Shown here: positions 30,118-40,994 of the stretch, piece after piece
How positions within the stretch are numbered: the stretch's first letter is position 1
How the letters are laid out: each line of letters starts with the position of its first letter
Assembly (NCBI GenBank): GCA_963753345.1
Contig: CAVWBU010000027.1
Coordinates: 96,001-160,000, forward strand
Reading direction: 5' to 3'
DNA from: an uncultured Fibrobacterota bacterium
Lineage (GTDB): Bacteria; Fibrobacterota; Chitinivibrionia; Chitinivibrionales; FEN-1185
Length of the DNA: 64,000 bases
Program-made: the position numbers and the translations under genes
The notes under the pieces: generated by a model
What the model saw: only the letters and a program-made list of their open reading frames with translations
The model's database searches: none
Told to the model about the DNA's origin: nothing

Positions 30118-31008
30118 CTACGAACCGTTTCGGGAGCGGTTGAAAAAGCGCGAAAGAATGCCCTTTTCATTCTTGATTTTTTGAAAAGCGGCCTTTCCTT
30201 TTGCCTTGTTCTTAAGGTAGTTCATTGAAGTGAAGTACAGGTATTCGGTGTTGCTTGGCGGAGGAATTCTTCTGAGGACCGCTGGCGACAGCGATCGCGT
30301 GCGCCCTGTTTCGGCATGGGGGACCGTGGCCAGAACTTCGTCCGGAGCGCGCGTTCGGGAAGGAGGTTCTTCCTTCTGGACCGAAGCAAACTCAAGATGC
30401 TTGGTTGCCGGCGGCGGCGGAATAATCCGGGCGGTTTCCCGCGCGCGGGTCTTCTGGCCGCCGCCCGTGGCGGTCGACGGAACGGCCTCGCCTTCCGTAG
30501 ACTCAGGACCGTTTTTCTGCCCGTCAAAGAACGAGTCGAAACCCTGTTCGACATCATCCTGTGAGAGCGAGGGCATCGCCATGGGCCCCTGAAACAGGTT
30601 TTCCATGTTGCGGCTGATCGCGGCAAGCGCCTCCTGCAGCAAGCCGACATGTCGCTCGATGCCGGCGTTTACCGTGGAGAGTTGCACCGACCTGTCGAAT
30701 ATTGTCGCAAGAATCGTGTTGTCGTCGACGAGCGAAATAAAAAGGTTTTTCGAATTCCCGCTGTGCAACATCGTTCCGAACTCGTGCTCGCCGATGAGGC
30801 CGGCAATCGCCTGCGTCGAAGCAAAACTGCCCACGATGAGGGCGGCGAGCGCAGACATGTCGAACATCGCAAGCGTGCCTTGATGGGCGAGAAGGCGCGT
30901 GTCCTTGTTGATGAGGAGCGCCGAAATGATCTTGGTTTCGCTAACAAACGCCTGCAGGATGGAATTAAGCCTGTCAATGTCTTCCTTGTAAAGAATTACA
31001 TCGCTCAT
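30118..31008 (-). CDS. mglB: MglB-like Roadblock/LC7 protein with long C-terminal extension
   Basis: Roadblock domain (ALLINK...[22 protein letters not shown]...IFD); start overlaps the mglA stop. Confidence 0.8.
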   Translation of the reverse strand: MSDVILYKEDIDRLNSILQAFVSETKIISALLINKDTRLLAHQGTLAMFDMSALAALIVGSFASTQAIAGLIGEHEFGTMLHSGNSKNLFISLVDDNTILATIFDRSVQLSTVNAGIERHVGLLQEALAAISRNMENLFQGPMAMPSLSQDDVEQGFDSFFDGQKNGPESTEGEAVPSTATGGGQKTRARETARIIPPPPATKHLEFASVQKEEPPSRTRAPDEVLATVPHAETGRTRSLSPAVLRRIPPPSNTEYLYFTSMNYLKNKAKGKAAFQKIKNEKGILSRFFNRSRNGS

Positions 31009-32390
31009 TGAGGTTTGTCTTTGTTGAGAAATTTTGAGAGAAAGCTGCCCTGCGGTTTTGACTTGGGGTTGACGGGACGCTTAATTTTCTTGCGCTGACC
31101 TGTATTGACAGAGGTGAAAAACAGCGGCTGTTCTCCGTCGGAAGCCGCTGGAGCTTCCTGGACGTCGTCTGCTTCGGCTTCCTGATATTCCTGGGCCTGC
31201 TCGTCGGATGCGGGCGCGTTGTAAACGTCATAACTGCCTTTTTGAGGCGCGGGGAAGGTGTTCCGCTGCTGCTGGGCGGGAGAGGAGAGCGCATCCTGCG
31301 GCTGCTGCGCCTGGGGCGGCTGCGAGGAAGATTGGAGCGTCCGCAGCCTGCGTTGTTTCTCCTCTATTTCACGCTGGTATTTTTCTATTTCAAGATCGAG
31401 CTCTGTCTTGCTGTCAACCGGCGGTTGCGGCGCGACCGGAGCCGGTTGCGGGGCAGGGGACGATTGGGCCATGGGCTCCAGGTCGATCGTTCCATAGTCG
31501 TACCCGTAATCCTGGCGCGGCGCCTGCGGCTTTTGGGGCTGCGGCGGAGGAGCGACAGGACGGGGCGCGGGCTGCGCCTGAGGCTGCGGACGGAAGGTCT
31601 GCTGAGGCTGCGGCGCAGCCTGAAAAATGTCCTGCTGATATTGTTGCGGAGCGGGAGACGGACGCTGCGGCATAAACGGCGTCTGCTGCTGCGGTCTTTG
31701 CGGAGGAGGTACAGCGTACGGTTCCGCTGCAGGCCGCTGCTGCGGTATCGGTGCCGCCTGAATCGGCGGGCGTTGAACCGGAGCCGCTCCCAAGGAAGGC
31801 CTGGAATACTTTTTGTTAAGACTGTCGATCACGATCTTACCGATGATCTTGAGGGATTCGAAAACGCCTTTTCCCTGGTTCGCCACCGCTTCGTTCCACG
31901 GGTAGCCGAACCTGTTGAGCGCCTTTTCGATGGTCTCCACCGGTAGAGCATTCGGAAGATCGCGCTTGTTATACTGAATTACGATGGGAATGCTGCCTTG
32001 CTTTATGCCGTATTCAGCGAGGTTGTCGTGAAGGTTCTGGAAACTTTCCTGGTTCTCCTGCATTTTGTCCTGGGCCGAATCGGCGACAAATACGACTCCG
32101 TCAACGCCGCGGAGAACGAGCTTCCTGGTTGCGTTGTAGTAAACCTGGCCCGGAACGGTGTAGAGCTGAAATTTGGTGGAAAATCCTTTGATCTTTCCGA
32201 GATCAAGAGGAAGGAAATCGAAAAACAGGGTTCGGTCGGTCTCCGTGGCGAGCGACACCATATCGCTCCGGTAGTCAACCGGGATCTTCCTGTGGATTAC
32301 CTGCAGGTTGGTTGTCTTGCCGCTGAGGCCGGGACCGTAGAAAACGATTTTTACGCTTATTTCTCTGATCGCATAATTAATTGAAGCCAT
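31005..32390 (-). CDS. mglA: MglA-family small GTPase with Pro/Gln-rich C-terminal extension
   Basis: [41 protein letters not shown] are hallmark MglA motifs; about 260 extra C-terminal residues. Confidence 0.92.
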   Translation of the reverse strand: MASINYAIREISVKIVFYGPGLSGKTTNLQVIHRKIPVDYRSDMVSLATETDRTLFFDFLPLDLGKIKGFSTKFQLYTVPGQVYYNATRKLVLRGVDGVVFVADSAQDKMQENQESFQNLHDNLAEYGIKQGSIPIVIQYNKRDLPNALPVETIEKALNRFGYPWNEAVANQGKGVFESLKIIGKIVIDSLNKKYSRPSLGAAPVQRPPIQAAPIPQQRPAAEPYAVPPPQRPQQQTPFMPQRPSPAPQQYQQDIFQAAPQPQQTFRPQPQAQPAPRPVAPPPQPQKPQAPRQDYGYDYGTIDLEPMAQSSPAPQPAPVAPQPPVDSKTELDLEIEKYQREIEEKQRRLRTLQSSSQPPQAQQPQDALSSPAQQQRNTFPAPQKGSYDVYNAPASDEQAQEYQEAEADDVQEAPAASDGEQPLFFTSVNTGQRKKIKRPVNPKSKPQGSFLSKFLNKDKPQ

Positions 32391-32638
32391 CGATGGTTCC
32401 CTCTCTTAATCACGAGGCAAAAAAACTCTTGTGCGGTTATACGCTCCAATCGGCCAACGATGCACCCACGTTTTCACAATTAATATAGTTCCGAAAGAAA
32501 GCAGATGCAAGGAAAGTGTAGGTAGCACAAAACAATCGCTCATGGATTTTTTGTCGCTTTGCAATGTCCGAAATTCTCCCTCAATCTGCTGCAAGATTTC
32601 GCGAGGGGAGGGACCTGCGTCACATCGCATGTACCATG

Positions 32639-33712
32639 TTACTGCTGAATGCCGCGGAAAATTTTGGTCTCCCTGCCCGTAACCGCATCAACCTTTGAAA
32701 TGAGACCGGCCTTGACCAGCGATGCGGCGTCAGAAGGCGGTCGTCCCTGCAACGCCCTGTACTGAAGAGCGGCAATCGCGGTCTTCCGCGTATTCCATTG
32801 CATCTCCACGGTTGCAATGGATTGAAGACGGCCCATCTCTGCTTCGCGTAAAAAGGTCTTCTTGCCGAAAAATGAAAACAGAAAAAGCGCCGACATCCAG
32901 AGCAGAACGATGATTGCGGATCCCATGGCCGCAATAACTTCGGCAATCAGCTTTCCAATTGAAACGGCCGGCGCTTTTGCCTGCTGATGTTTGACGGCAA
33001 GCGGTGCGATTGTGGAATTCTGCCATAATGCAAAAAGAGTTTCGTAAACACGATACGAGTGAATGATTGATTTTTCGCAGAGCGCCCCCACGGCTGTTTT
33101 CCCGTCCACGAGAGACAACACGTAATCCGAGAGATTGGCAAGCGGCGATGCCGGCGCCGCGGAGGGCACGGCGGGTTTGTTGACAATGGAAAATATCGTG
33201 TTGTTTGAGATATGCTGGCGGATCCTTTTCCATTCGTCACTCCGGCGCATTGCCTCCATGGTGATCGCGTCAACCGGAAACGATACGCCGCCGACGACGT
33301 ACTCCTGGATGCTTTCGAGCGAGTCGAACCGATAATTGCCGTCGTCCCACAGGAAAAGGCCGCAGGCGAGGTCTTCAACCCCCATTTGCGCAAGGGTGGC
33401 AAGCTCATTGGCCGCAAGATAATTCCTATTCACCAATTCCCGCGAAAACTGCCGCATTTCCCCGTGGCACACGTACAAGAGTTCGTTGATCTCTTCGTTG
33501 GAATAATGACGCATTGTCTTGAGATACCGAAAGAGAAATGTCTGCAGATTCTGTTCGCTCGTGCCGGCCGCAATCACGGAACCCTGCGAAAAGATGACAA
33601 ATGCTTCGCTGTCGCGGTGTGAGAGGACCAGCTGCCCGGTCTTGGAGTCGCGGGAAATAAGCTGAAAGATTTCCGAAAGTTCGAACTCGCGAAGACTGCC
33701 CCGGAGTGCCAT
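32639..33712 (-). CDS. DUF4388 (PATAN-like) domain membrane protein
   Basis: MALRGSLREF.LSEIFQLI....KTG.L, LFLWDDG.Y.F, MEAMRRSDEW; one TM helix near the C-terminus. Confidence 0.82.
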   Translation of the reverse strand: MALRGSLREFELSEIFQLISRDSKTGQLVLSHRDSEAFVIFSQGSVIAAGTSEQNLQTFLFRYLKTMRHYSNEEINELLYVCHGEMRQFSRELVNRNYLAANELATLAQMGVEDLACGLFLWDDGNYRFDSLESIQEYVVGGVSFPVDAITMEAMRRSDEWKRIRQHISNNTIFSIVNKPAVPSAAPASPLANLSDYVLSLVDGKTAVGALCEKSIIHSYRVYETLFALWQNSTIAPLAVKHQQAKAPAVSIGKLIAEVIAAMGSAIIVLLWMSALFLFSFFGKKTFLREAEMGRLQSIATVEMQWNTRKTAIAALQYRALQGRPPSDAASLVKAGLISKVDAVTGRETKIFRGIQQ

Positions 33713-33713
33713 G

Positions 33714-35873
33714 TCAATTTCCCCGCTTGGTGAAAACTACCACAGTGCCGACGATCCCCCGGATCGCGAAAATGCCGAAGTATATTCCAACGGCGCAATA
33801 CAACGGCACGGTAACCATTTGTATCGCCCACGCAGGGTAATCAAAAGTTGCATGACGAAGCGAGAAGAAAAGGGCATACACCATTGACGTTGCCGCAAGA
33901 AGCGGCAGCGATTGGTACAAAGGCGCCTCACGGCAAACGAAGCCGGCTCCCGGGAAGAAAAGATCGAGCACCATCGCCCGTACCATTTGAAACCTGATCG
34001 TCCCCAGCTGGATTTTTTCCATAATGCGCTGGCGGATCTGCTCGTTGCGGATGCTCTGGGTCGCCTTGAAACAACTGCTGCAAATACTCCCGCGCTTGCA
34101 CTTGCGACATACCGGTTTCTGACAGACCTTGCAGGATGCCACCCTCCGCACCATGTCTTTTGACCATACGGCATTATCGAGAACGAGAAGCAAAATGAAG
34201 AGAATTACGGACAGGAAACTATACCAAAGGAGCGGAAGGCCGAAAAAGAGTCCGCCGAATCTCTTCTGCGTCGTTTCCCAGGAGCCGCAATAGGCGGGGA
34301 ATATGTTTTTCCAGAAATACCCGGGGCTGAAATCCGGCCAGATGAGCTGGCGGAGAGGCGGCCAGTCTTTTATAATTGGAAAATAGTCGTCATTTTTCTT
34401 AATAAACGCGTCCACGAACTCGGGATCCATGCGTGAGGCCTGGGTTGTGTAATCCATGCCCTTGGCCGTCTCCATGGTCCCGTAATAATAATATTGACCG
34501 AGGTTGAAATAGGGGGGGGCGTAGCCCGGATAGAGGCTGATGCAGTGCTCGTACGCATTTCTGGAGCCGGGAAGGTCGCCGGCATAGTAGAGAGCATTTC
34601 CCGAGGCGGTGATCACAATAGGGTCGTCTTTCGCAAGCGATTGCGCCATTTTAAGGTAGGGAAAGCCTGCAAGCGGCGTCCCTTTTTTGCAGAAGCAAAG
34701 TGCGACCGCGGTTTGGGCAAGGAAGTCGTTGCTGTTGTGCAGCGCGTGCAAACCGACCGTCGTCTCGAGCGGGCCGTAATATCCCTCATCAAGCACCTTC
34801 TTGTAAAGCTCCACCGAACCGTTCGCGGAAAGCGTCTGGTCGAACATGTCGTTGACTTTAACGCCGAGAGGGACAAGGAGAAACATCACGAGGGCGACAC
34901 CGGCGAGCCATTTGTCCTTGGGAACAAATCGCCGCCACAGGATAAAAAAGCAGACCCATGCAAAGGGAAGCATGCCGAGAAATGCGACAGATCCTACCGC
35001 CGCCATCGCGAGAACCAGTTTCCCTCTGGCGTTGAGAATATCCGGGAACCGCTCCGACAAGAGATGGAGCGCAATTGGTGCGCACCGTACCGCGAGGCCC
35101 AGCAGAATCCCCGCTATTAAAAACTCGACCACCAGGGAGAGCCAGCGAAACAGGGCGCGGACGCATGCAAGCTGGGTTTCCCATGACGCGGAAAACGACC
35201 CCCCCATGTCGCGGAGCAAGTCTACGGCCTTCGCAAGGTCAAGAATCCCGGCGTGTTCGATGGAAAAAACTGCGGGCCACAGGCAGCGTCGGTCGAACCT
35301 CTGCGCCCAACCGGTATAAAATTTAATATCGTTCCCGTTACTGCCGGCAAGTGCGACCGACGAGCGATAGAGGAGCTGCTGCACGATGACGGGAGCGGCT
35401 CTCGCACCGGACGTTAGAAAAAGCTGTTCAAGCTTCTTGAGGCATTTTTCCTCCCACGCAGCCAATTCGCACCTGTCAAACTCAACGGCAAGGACCCATA
35501 GTTTGCCGGGATCCCCTTCCGCCGCGGCAACGGCGCGGGCAAACCAACTGGCGGCAACGTTGATGTCGTTGCCGGAAGCTAGCCCTCTCAGAAAGCAGAA
35601 CCACGGAGTGGTGGTGTCCTGCACCGCCGTGCGGATATTGCCCGGTTCCGCCGTCAAATGCTGGAACCGGGCGCTGTCGATGCCCGCTTCGCGATAGCAA
35701 CTGTCCCGCGAATCAAGCGCCGAGGAGATTTCGTGCTCCCAGAAGACCGGATCGGCCCGGGGTGCCAAAGGAACCAGCGCGACAAACCCCAGCCAGACAA
35801 GAAGGGGCATGCCGACACGGCCACGGCCGGACGGGAAGAGAAGATGTTGAAGGAGCACCGTTGTTACTTGCAT
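33714..35873 (-). CDS. Multi-TM TPR protein with C-terminal Cys cluster
   Basis: Several TM helices, TPR-like repeats (GNALYYAGD, YFNLGQYY), CKVC...CRKC...CSSC; exact start uncertain. Confidence 0.72.
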   Translation of the reverse strand: MQVTTVLLQHLLFPSGRGRVGMPLLVWLGFVALVPLAPRADPVFWEHEISSALDSRDSCYREAGIDSARFQHLTAEPGNIRTAVQDTTTPWFCFLRGLASGNDINVAASWFARAVAAAEGDPGKLWVLAVEFDRCELAAWEEKCLKKLEQLFLTSGARAAPVIVQQLLYRSSVALAGSNGNDIKFYTGWAQRFDRRCLWPAVFSIEHAGILDLAKAVDLLRDMGGSFSASWETQLACVRALFRWLSLVVEFLIAGILLGLAVRCAPIALHLLSERFPDILNARGKLVLAMAAVGSVAFLGMLPFAWVCFFILWRRFVPKDKWLAGVALVMFLLVPLGVKVNDMFDQTLSANGSVELYKKVLDEGYYGPLETTVGLHALHNSNDFLAQTAVALCFCKKGTPLAGFPYLKMAQSLAKDDPIVITASGNALYYAGDLPGSRNAYEHCISLYPGYAPPYFNLGQYYYYGTMETAKGMDYTTQASRMDPEFVDAFIKKNDDYFPIIKDWPPLRQLIWPDFSPGYFWKNIFPAYCGSWETTQKRFGGLFFGLPLLWYSFLSVILFILLLVLDNAVWSKDMVRRVASCKVCQKPVCRKCKRGSICSSCFKATQSIRNEQIRQRIMEKIQLGTIRFQMVRAMVLDLFFPGAGFVCREAPLYQSLPLLAATSMVYALFFSLRHATFDYPAWAIQMVTVPLYCAVGIYFGIFAIRGIVGTVVVFTKRGN

Positions 35874-36095
35874 TGATCAGCAGTCGTTCGTTCTGAAAAA
35901 AGTGGTCTGGTCGCAATCGCACACCGGCCAAACACGGCGTTTCACAATTGCATTATATAAATTCTACATCCGGGGCACTCGAAAGGCAATTGTAATCATC
36001 ACGGAAATACAGTAATGCGGGCACGAAATCGATCCAACGGAAAATACACGCACGGCGGCAGCAGAAGAAAATCAGCCCGTGCTGTGCTGCCGTCG

Positions 36096-37337
36096 CTAGC
36101 CCTCGCCGCGGACAAGGTCCGCGTTCGATTCGCGCTTTCGCACGACGGCAAAGGAGGTTCCGTCAACGAGCACTTCGCAGGGACGAGGGCGCGCATTGTA
36201 ATTCGACGACATCGAGAAGCCGTACGCTCCTGCGCCGCGCACCGCAATGAGATCGCCCTGGGCGAGACGGTCGATCTCTCGCCCCAGCGCGAGAAAATCG
36301 GACGACTCGCACACCGGGCCGACAATGTCGGCGGTAACGCGATCGGCTCCGGAGCGCCGGACCACGGGGACCGCGTCATGATAGGCGTCGTACAACGGCG
36401 GACGGATGAGGTCGTTCATACCAGCGTCGCATATGTAAAACAGTTTCGATTGCGTCTGTTTCACGTAGGTCACGCTCGTAAGCAGCACTCCGGCGTTGCC
36501 CACGATGAACCTGCCCGGTTCAACGATAAAATTGCATTTCAGCCTGTCGGCCCAGGGAGCGAGGACGCCGGCGAATTGAATGGGGGTGAACGGAGTTTCG
36601 TCTTTGTAAACAATGCCGAAACCGCCGCCGATGTCGATGGTGTGAACGTTGATGCCGTTTTTGTGTAGCCTGGCATACAGGTCGCCGAGTGCTTCGAGCG
36701 CAAGGCGGTATGGCTCCAGCGAGAGAATGGGCGAACCCAGGTGCACATCGATCCCGATCGGGTTGACATGAGGCAAAGCATGAGCTTTGCCGTACAATGC
36801 AACAGCCTCGGCAATGGGGATGCCGAATTTGTTTTCCTTTTTCGCGGTCGTCGTGAAATGATGCGTTCGCGCGTCGATGTCGGGATTTACGCGAAAGGAA
36901 ATCGGGACAATGGTATCCATCGATGTTGCGATATCGGAAACGGCGTGAAGCTCCGCCTCCGATTCGATGTTGAACATGCCGATGCCGCTTTCAAGGGCGT
37001 ACCGCAGCTCCGCGGCGGTCTTGCCGACGCCCGAGAACACGATTTTCTGCGGTTCGATGCCTGCCGCAAGCGCCCTGAAAAGCTCGCCGCCGGACACGAT
37101 GTCGGCGCCGAGTCCTTTGCCTGCGATGACGCGCAGAATGCCCAGGTTAGCGTTCGACTTGACGGAAAAGCATATGCGGACATTGAGCGACTCAAACGCT
37201 CCCACGAGCAATTCGATGCTGTTGACGATGCTTGCTTTGCTGTAGACGTATGCGGGTGTACCTACGTCGCGGGCAATTGACGAAAGCGAAACGTTTTCGC
37301 ACCACAGTTCTTCGCCCACAAGATGAAAATTGATCAT
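36096..37337 (-). CDS. lysA: Diaminopimelate decarboxylase
   Basis: GTPAYVY, SVKSN, SGGE, HLGS, DIGGG, EPGR, GPVCESSD, MSSNYN. Confidence 0.96.
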   Translation of the reverse strand: MINFHLVGEELWCENVSLSSIARDVGTPAYVYSKASIVNSIELLVGAFESLNVRICFSVKSNANLGILRVIAGKGLGADIVSGGELFRALAAGIEPQKIVFSGVGKTAAELRYALESGIGMFNIESEAELHAVSDIATSMDTIVPISFRVNPDIDARTHHFTTTAKKENKFGIPIAEAVALYGKAHALPHVNPIGIDVHLGSPILSLEPYRLALEALGDLYARLHKNGINVHTIDIGGGFGIVYKDETPFTPIQFAGVLAPWADRLKCNFIVEPGRFIVGNAGVLLTSVTYVKQTQSKLFYICDAGMNDLIRPPLYDAYHDAVPVVRRSGADRVTADIVGPVCESSDFLALGREIDRLAQGDLIAVRGAGAYGFSMSSNYNARPRPCEVLVDGTSFAVVRKRESNADLVRGEG

Positions 37338-37383
37338 TCTTCATCCTTGCCGGATTCGTAAAGCGGAAAGAAAAGAACGGGGA

Positions 37384-37644
37384 CTACTTGGCCAGCAGCT
37401 TGTTCACATGAATGCAGAGCCGTGATTTCTTGTTGGCCGCGTTGTTTTTGTGAATGAGTCCGCCGCAGGCGCACTTGTCGATAAAGGACACGGCCGCCTT
37501 GAGACGGTCCGGCGCGGTTTTCTTGTCGTTTGAGTCGAGGACGCTGCGGATGACGGTGCGGAGTTTTGACCATTCGCTCCGGTTCCTGAGATTTGCTCTT
37601 CTGCTTTGTCGGATATGTTTTTCACACGCTTTGTGCTGGGGCAT
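37384..37644 (-). CDS. rpsT: 30S ribosomal protein S20
   Basis: MPQHKACEK...IDK....G.IHKNNAANKKSRL; AAGGAG RBS. Confidence 0.93.
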   Translation of the reverse strand: MPQHKACEKHIRQSRRANLRNRSEWSKLRTVIRSVLDSNDKKTAPDRLKAAVSFIDKCACGGLIHKNNAANKKSRLCIHVNKLLAK

Positions 37645-37898
37645 CGAGAAAACTCCTTGGAGACTTTCTTGTGAAAGGTGTCGACACGGGATTTGAAACG
37701 ATTCAAAATACATTGGTTCTCGGATGGTAGTCAATAGCTGTCGCCGCACCGGCAGGATCTGCTTTGCGCGGCAGGCCCCCTCAACAATAATTACCAGTTC
37801 CGCGCCGTTAAAGGTATTTTTATTGTGCCTTGTTTTCTTGTCCGGTCATGAACGACAAACGGCAATGCCCGTCACGGGCGGAAGGCAACAACGGCGCG

Positions 37899-38963
37899 AT
37901 GGACGGATCCTTTACCCATACGGAACTGCGCGGGGCGATTCACCTGCACACGACGTATTCCGACGGCGGGGTTTCTTACCCTGTGCTCATCGACACGGCG
38001 GCGGGGCTCGGGCTGGATTACATCGTTGTCACCGACCACGGATCGCTTGCGGGAAGAGAGGCCGGATACGAGCGGTTTCACGGGGACCTGTTCGTGTGCG
38101 TCGGATACGAGCACAACGATGCCGGCAACATCAACCATTACCTTGCGATCGGGTGCGAGTCGGTGGTGAGCTGGCGCGACACCCCGCAGGGGTACATCGA
38201 CCGGATAAAGGCTCAGGGCGGCGTGGGGTTCATCGCCCATCCCATAGAGGTGCGCCACTACTTCGAGAAATATCCTCCGTACCCGTGGACCGCATGGGAC
38301 GCAACGGGATTCGACGGCATAGAGCTGTGGAACCAGATGTCCGACTGGCTGGAAAGCCTGCGGCACAGGCTCCATTTTGTCAAGTTATTCTACCCGCGAA
38401 GGTTTCTTCTGGAAATACGGAAGGAGCTTCTGGCGAGATGGGACGCCATGAACCGCAGCCGCTTCGTGGCCGGCATCGGCGGCGTCGACGCCCATACCAT
38501 GAAGGTCAGGTTCGGGCCGCTCAGCCGTACCATCTTTCCCATCAAGGTGGAACTCAAGGGGATCAGGACGCACCTGTACGTCGAGCGGCCGCTGCCGGCT
38601 TGCGATGTCGCCGGCGCAAAGGCAATGCTGCTGTCGGCGCTCAAGAACGGGAACGGATTCATCAGCAATTTCAGGAGGGGCGACGCAAAGGGAACGCGGA
38701 TGTTCTTCCTTGACAACAAAGACCGCGCGGTGCCGCCCGGGCTCTGCGGCATCGCCGCGGAGGCGCCCGGACGCCTCGTCGTGCAGGTCCCGGAACAGGC
38801 CGAGATCGTTCTTGTGCGCAATGGCGAGCGCATCGCGTCGCACGGCGGACGGGAGGCGGAGTTTGCAATCAGGAATAGTGGCGTTTACAGAATAGAAGCG
38901 CGAAAAGGAAAATATGGCTGGATTTATTCAAATCCTTTCCCCGTGGGAAGCTATCCGCTGTGA
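37899..38963 (+). CDS. PHP-domain metallohydrolase
   Basis: HLHTTYSDG, TDH, AHP, GGVDAH, WIYSNP; start may be 37848 or 37899. Confidence 0.85.
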   Translation: MDGSFTHTELRGAIHLHTTYSDGGVSYPVLIDTAAGLGLDYIVVTDHGSLAGREAGYERFHGDLFVCVGYEHNDAGNINHYLAIGCESVVSWRDTPQGYIDRIKAQGGVGFIAHPIEVRHYFEKYPPYPWTAWDATGFDGIELWNQMSDWLESLRHRLHFVKLFYPRRFLLEIRKELLARWDAMNRSRFVAGIGGVDAHTMKVRFGPLSRTIFPIKVELKGIRTHLYVERPLPACDVAGAKAMLLSALKNGNGFISNFRRGDAKGTRMFFLDNKDRAVPPGLCGIAAEAPGRLVVQVPEQAEIVLVRNGERIASHGGREAEFAIRNSGVYRIEARKGKYGWIYSNPFPVGSYPL

Positions 38964-39005
38964 TTGCCGCCGTTCGGCCCCGTTCGGGGCGGGGAACGGG
39001 CGCTC

Positions 39006-39971
39006 ATGAGTCTCCCGCTGCCGCAGCGTTGCGCGGACGCCGTATTTCTTTCCCGTCCGCTGCTGTTGATACCGGTTTGGGGCTTCTGCAGCTTCGGGTA
39101 TGTCGCCGGGCTGCGGTGCGTGAGGGGAGTGGCGTTCGCCTTCGGGTGGGGCGCTCCGTTTCCGAAATTCGGTTGGATGCTGGTATTCTCGCTTTCAGTG
39201 GCCGCAGTCTACGTCTTCAATCAGATAACCGACCGCAACGTCGACGCGGTGAACGCCGGCTTCCCATTGTTGTCAAAGGGGAACATCCCGCTCCGGGTGG
39301 CGTGGGCCAGCGCCGCTCTTCTCGCGCTTGCGTCGGTTCTCATTCCGCTGTGGACGCGTCCTGGTGTGGCGGTGTTTTCGTGCCTGGCGCTTGCAGTGGG
39401 GTTTGCCTACAGCGCAAAACCGGTGCACCTTGCGGGACGGCCGGTGTGGGATTTTCTCGCAAACGCCTCGGGATACGGTCTCATCGCGTTCGGCGCGGGC
39501 TGGCACCTGTCGGGCGCCGCGTTCGGGGCGCGGTTTCTCGCTTCGAGCCTGCCGTATTTCCTGCTCATGTGCGCCGGTTCCATAAGCTCGACGCTGCCGG
39601 ATTACGAAGGAGACCGGCGATACGGCAAAAACACAACGGCCGTTTTTCTCGGCGTGAGAAAAGCCCATCTTGTCGCGTGCGTATTCATTGCGGCGGGACT
39701 CGCATGCTCCCTGCTGGTGCGCGACTGGGCCGCGGCGGCATGCGCCGGATGCGCCGTTCCGCTGTATGCGGCGCATGCCGTTCGCAATACGGTGAGGAGC
39801 ATGGAGGCGACCTATAAAATCGGCGGCATGCTCATGATGGTCGCCGCCGCGGTTCTTGTTCCCTGGCTTGTTCCGGCGTCTCTGGTGTCTCTTCTAGCAA
39901 CGGTGATGTACTTCCGCCTGAGGTTTCATGTCTCGTATCCTTCGCTCGTGCCGATTCCTCCAAAGGGTTAG
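39006..39971 (+). CDS. UbiA-family prenyltransferase
   Basis: Multi-TM; NQITDRNVD, AYS..P, LPDYEGDRRYGKNT. Confidence 0.88.
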   Translation: MSLPLPQRCADAVFLSRPLLLIPVWGFCSFGYVAGLRCVRGVAFAFGWGAPFPKFGWMLVFSLSVAAVYVFNQITDRNVDAVNAGFPLLSKGNIPLRVAWASAALLALASVLIPLWTRPGVAVFSCLALAVGFAYSAKPVHLAGRPVWDFLANASGYGLIAFGAGWHLSGAAFGARFLASSLPYFLLMCAGSISSTLPDYEGDRRYGKNTTAVFLGVRKAHLVACVFIAAGLACSLLVRDWAAAACAGCAVPLYAAHAVRNTVRSMEATYKIGGMLMMVAAAVLVPWLVPASLVSLLATVMYFRLRFHVSYPSLVPIPPKG

Positions 39972-40980
39972 GATTGCCCTGGGTGCGGCGGCGCTGCTGG
40001 CCGCGGCCTCGCCGTGTGCCGGGTTTTCGCTTCCGGCAGACAGGTCCGCTCAGGCAAGGGCGGTTGTTGACAGGCTTGTTGCGGGCGACTATGACGCGTC
40101 GCTGCTTCTGTGCGACTCAATGATCCGGTCCGACGAAGCCGATCCGCTCGGGTGGATGCTCAAGCTCTCCGCCATAGGGCTCCACGACCTCGACCTTGAC
40201 AGCGCGACAGAATCGCTTGATTTCGGCGGCGTTTTCAGGAAGACTTCAAATGTTATTTACAAATATGAGCGTACCCACGGCGTTTCATCCTATTCGCGCA
40301 CGATCAAGGGATTTTCGCGGGGTATGTCGGCCGCCTACAGTTTGTGGAGGAAAAAATACCTGGCAGGGCTCGATCTCGGCTTCGGCGCCATGGACGACCT
40401 GCAGGAGGCGAAGAAGCTTGACAATTCGAACTTCGACGTCGATTTCTTTCTCGGGTTCTATACCTATGTGCGGGCCGACCTCAAGAAGAATTTCGGCTGG
40501 GCTTTTTTCTGGTACTCCGGCGACAAGGAAGAGGGGATAAGGGCCATCCGTCTGTGCAGCAGAAGCGCGCAGTTCTGCCGCCGGGCCGCGGCATTGCTGT
40601 TGAGCGAGGTCCTGTACCGCGAGGGCCGGTTCGCCGAGTCCGATTCGATCACCGCCGATCTGCTGCGCTTGTTTCCCGGCAGCCGTCTCGTGCAATGGAC
40701 ATGCGCGAAACGGGCCGAAGCGGCGCGGTCGTGGACCGAGGCGGCGGCTTCGTACACAATGCTTGCCGACGCCTACGAGTCACTGCCGAGCGCTCGGAGA
40801 AACTCCCTGGTCACGCGGGACAGGGCGGCGCACATGTATTTTTGTGCCGGCGATTTCGGCCGTGCCAGGCTTGCCTGCAACAAAATTCTCGGACGTGCCT
40901 GCGCGCGGGGCGACGCGTTCTGCCGTCAGATCAGCGAGGACGCCGCAAAACTTCTTGCCGGGCTGCCGGCGGTGCGGTGA
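39928..40980 (+). CDS. Secreted TPR-like helical hypothetical protein
   Basis: Signal-like N-terminus and helical repeat character; coupled to both neighbours. Confidence 0.65.
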   Translation: MSRILRSCRFLQRVRIALGAAALLAAASPCAGFSLPADRSAQARAVVDRLVAGDYDASLLLCDSMIRSDEADPLGWMLKLSAIGLHDLDLDSATESLDFGGVFRKTSNVIYKYERTHGVSSYSRTIKGFSRGMSAAYSLWRKKYLAGLDLGFGAMDDLQEAKKLDNSNFDVDFFLGFYTYVRADLKKNFGWAFFWYSGDKEEGIRAIRLCSRSAQFCRRAAALLLSEVLYREGRFAESDSITADLLRLFPGSRLVQWTCAKRAEAARSWTEAAASYTMLADAYESLPSARRNSLVTRDRAAHMYFCAGDFGRARLACNKILGRACARGDAFCRQISEDAAKLLAGLPAVR

Positions 40981-40994
40981 CACAAGGGAACACC

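Noticed and set aside
31200-31800. Repeat-like CTG/GCG-rich DNA as a CRISPR or tandem array
   Set aside because: It is explained by the Pro/Gln-rich coding tail of MglA and has no constant repeat-spacer structure.
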